Source: an uncultured bacterium
Lineage (GTDB): Bacteria > Acidobacteriota > Aminicenantia > Aminicenantales > Aminicenantaceae
Direction: 5' to 3'
Assembly: GCA_965373045.1 (NCBI GenBank)
Contig: CBDVEQ010000003.1
Coordinates: 1-36,126, forward strand
DNA: 36,126 nucleotides
The notes under the pieces were generated by a model. It had not been told where the DNA came from and searched no databases. It saw nothing but the letters and a program-made list of their open reading frames with translations. Below, in pieces: positions 34,922-36,126 of this stretch (the first letter of the stretch is position 1; each line of letters opens with the position of its first letter). Both the position numbers and the translations under genes were made by a program.

Positions 34922-35356
34922 ATGAAAATTATCTGGACAGCTATTTTGTTGTTGGGTTTATCTGTGGCATGTTCTAAGCCTGGCCTGGATGTTAAAGCGA
35001 TCCAGGCTGAGATCCAAAATATCATCTTAAGACAGCAAACCGCCTGGAATGCCCATGATATAGAAGGCTTTATGGCCGATTACTGGAAATCCGAAAACAT
35101 GACCTTCCAGTCTGGAAACAATCGCCTGAAGGGCTGGGAAACACTGCTCACCAGGTACAAGACCAATTACGCCGGCGAGAAGATGGGGAAGCTGACCTTT
35201 TCCGATATCGAGATCTATGTTTTAAATAAAAATATCGTATATGCCCTTGGCCGATGGAAAGTGGAACAGGGAGAATCGATCAATGATGGAGTTTACACCA
35301 TTATCCTAAAGCGTTTTCCCGGGGGCTGGAAGATCATCCACGATCATTCCTCCTGA
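34922..35356 (+). CDS. NTF2/SnoaL-like (DUF4440/YybH) lipoprotein
   Basis: AAGGAG SD; lipobox SVAC; QQTAWNAHDIEGFM, WKIIHDHSS. Confidence 0.85.
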   Translation: MKIIWTAILLLGLSVACSKPGLDVKAIQAEIQNIILRQQTAWNAHDIEGFMADYWKSENMTFQSGNNRLKGWETLLTRYKTNYAGEKMGKLTFSDIEIYVLNKNIVYALGRWKVEQGESINDGVYTIILKRFPGGWKIIHDHSS

Positions 35357-36126
35357 TACTCGAGAGCCTCCTGGTCCTTAAGGATTTTTTTAACCAGATC
35401 GGGTTTGTTGCTGATAATGCCGTCAACTTTTCGATCGATGAAGCGCTTGATGGTTTTTTCACCGTCTACAGTCCAGACATAGACCTGTTTATTGTGCTCC
35501 CGGGCTTTTTGGATAAATTCCAGAGTCGCTATCCTGTGATTGCAGCTTAGAACATCCCAGCTGCCTTCAAAGACATCATCCGGATAGTTCTTGCCGAAAA
35601 TAAATCCTGTTATGATCTCCGGAGCGATTCGCTTGACTGCGGTCACAACCTCCCGGTCAAAGGAAGTGATCATACATTTATTTTCAAAATGCTCTGACCT
35701 GATAATATCCACCACTTTTTGGGCGATCTCCGGTTCCGGCCTGAAGGTTTTTATCTCGATGTTCAATCTCATTTTGCCCTTGACCAGACGGATCACATCC
35801 TGAAGCGTGGGAATGGGTTCTCCTCTGAATTCTTCGCCGAACCAGGCGCCGACTTCAAGTTTTTTTAGTTCCTCCAGCGTGAGATCCTTAATAAATCCTT
35901 TAACACCTGCTGTCCTCTTCAAGTTCATGTCATGTAAAAGGATAACTTCTTTATCCCTGGTCAACTGGACATCCAGCTCTGCGTAATCAGCTTCCATGTC
36001 CATGGCTTTTTTTATGGCGATCAATGTGTTTTCCGGAGCATAGGCCGATGCCCCTCTGTGTGCGACAACAAGCACTTCATGGGCCTGTTTGCAGGAAGCT
36101 GTTAAAATCATGGTTCCCCCCAATAA
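35344..36126 (-). CDS. Glycerophosphodiester phosphodiesterase (probably 5'-truncated by window)
   Basis: AHRGASAYAPENT, ELDVQLT, LLHD, NIEIK, VWTVD, GIISNKP. Confidence 0.92.
   Translation of the reverse strand, partial: LLGGTMILTASCKQAHEVLVVAHRGASAYAPENTLIAIKKAMDMEADYAELDVQLTRDKEVILLHDMNLKRTAGVKGFIKDLTLEELKKLEVGAWFGEEFRGEPIPTLQDVIRLVKGKMRLNIEIKTFRPEPEIAQKVVDIIRSEHFENKCMITSFDREVVTAVKRIAPEIITGFIFGKNYPDDVFEGSWDVLSCNHRIATLEFIQKAREHNKQVYVWTVDGEKTIKRFIDRKVDGIISNKPDLVKKILKDQEALEYQEE

Noticed and set aside
1-36126. CRISPR array, tRNA/rRNA, prophage or IS transposase
   Set aside because: No regularly spaced repeats, cloverleaf or rRNA-like sequence, and no phage or transposase motifs seen

Overview
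Bacterial chromosomal window of mostly metabolic and envelope genes. The gene families (two paralogous 6-bladed beta-propeller proteins, a VWA-like secreted protein, many signal-peptide hydrolases) suggest an anaerobic diderm such as Candidatus Aminicenantes; this is an inference. The main system is an 11-gene, translationally coupled Mrp/Mbh-type cation/H+ antiporter operon (E-F-G, three small B-type parts, C, and three D/A-like subunits plus one small extra membrane protein) with no redox module. It is followed by an APC permease-USP fusion. Other genes: partial fucose-isomerase-like gene, thioesterase, yefM-yoeB, two amidohydrolases, GH5, GH36-like galactosidase, URO-D-family protein, membrane-anchored methyltransferase, DPP IV, propeller-Y_Y_Y-GGDEF cyclase, TlpA, atypical HAD, NTF2-like protein and GDPD. 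Most notable non-coding observations: (1) a 105-bp direct repeat duplicating a gene's 3' end and bracketing thioesterase+TA as a 1148-bp excisable islet; (2) a textbook YefM operator; (3) several apparently leaderless genes; (4) a sigma54 promoter; (5) a possible SD-sequestering leader; (6) REP-like and long palindromic elements; (7) a histidine kinase remnant. No rRNA, tRNA, CRISPR array, integrase, transposase or reverse transcriptase was recognised. All family calls are by motif recognition, without database searches.
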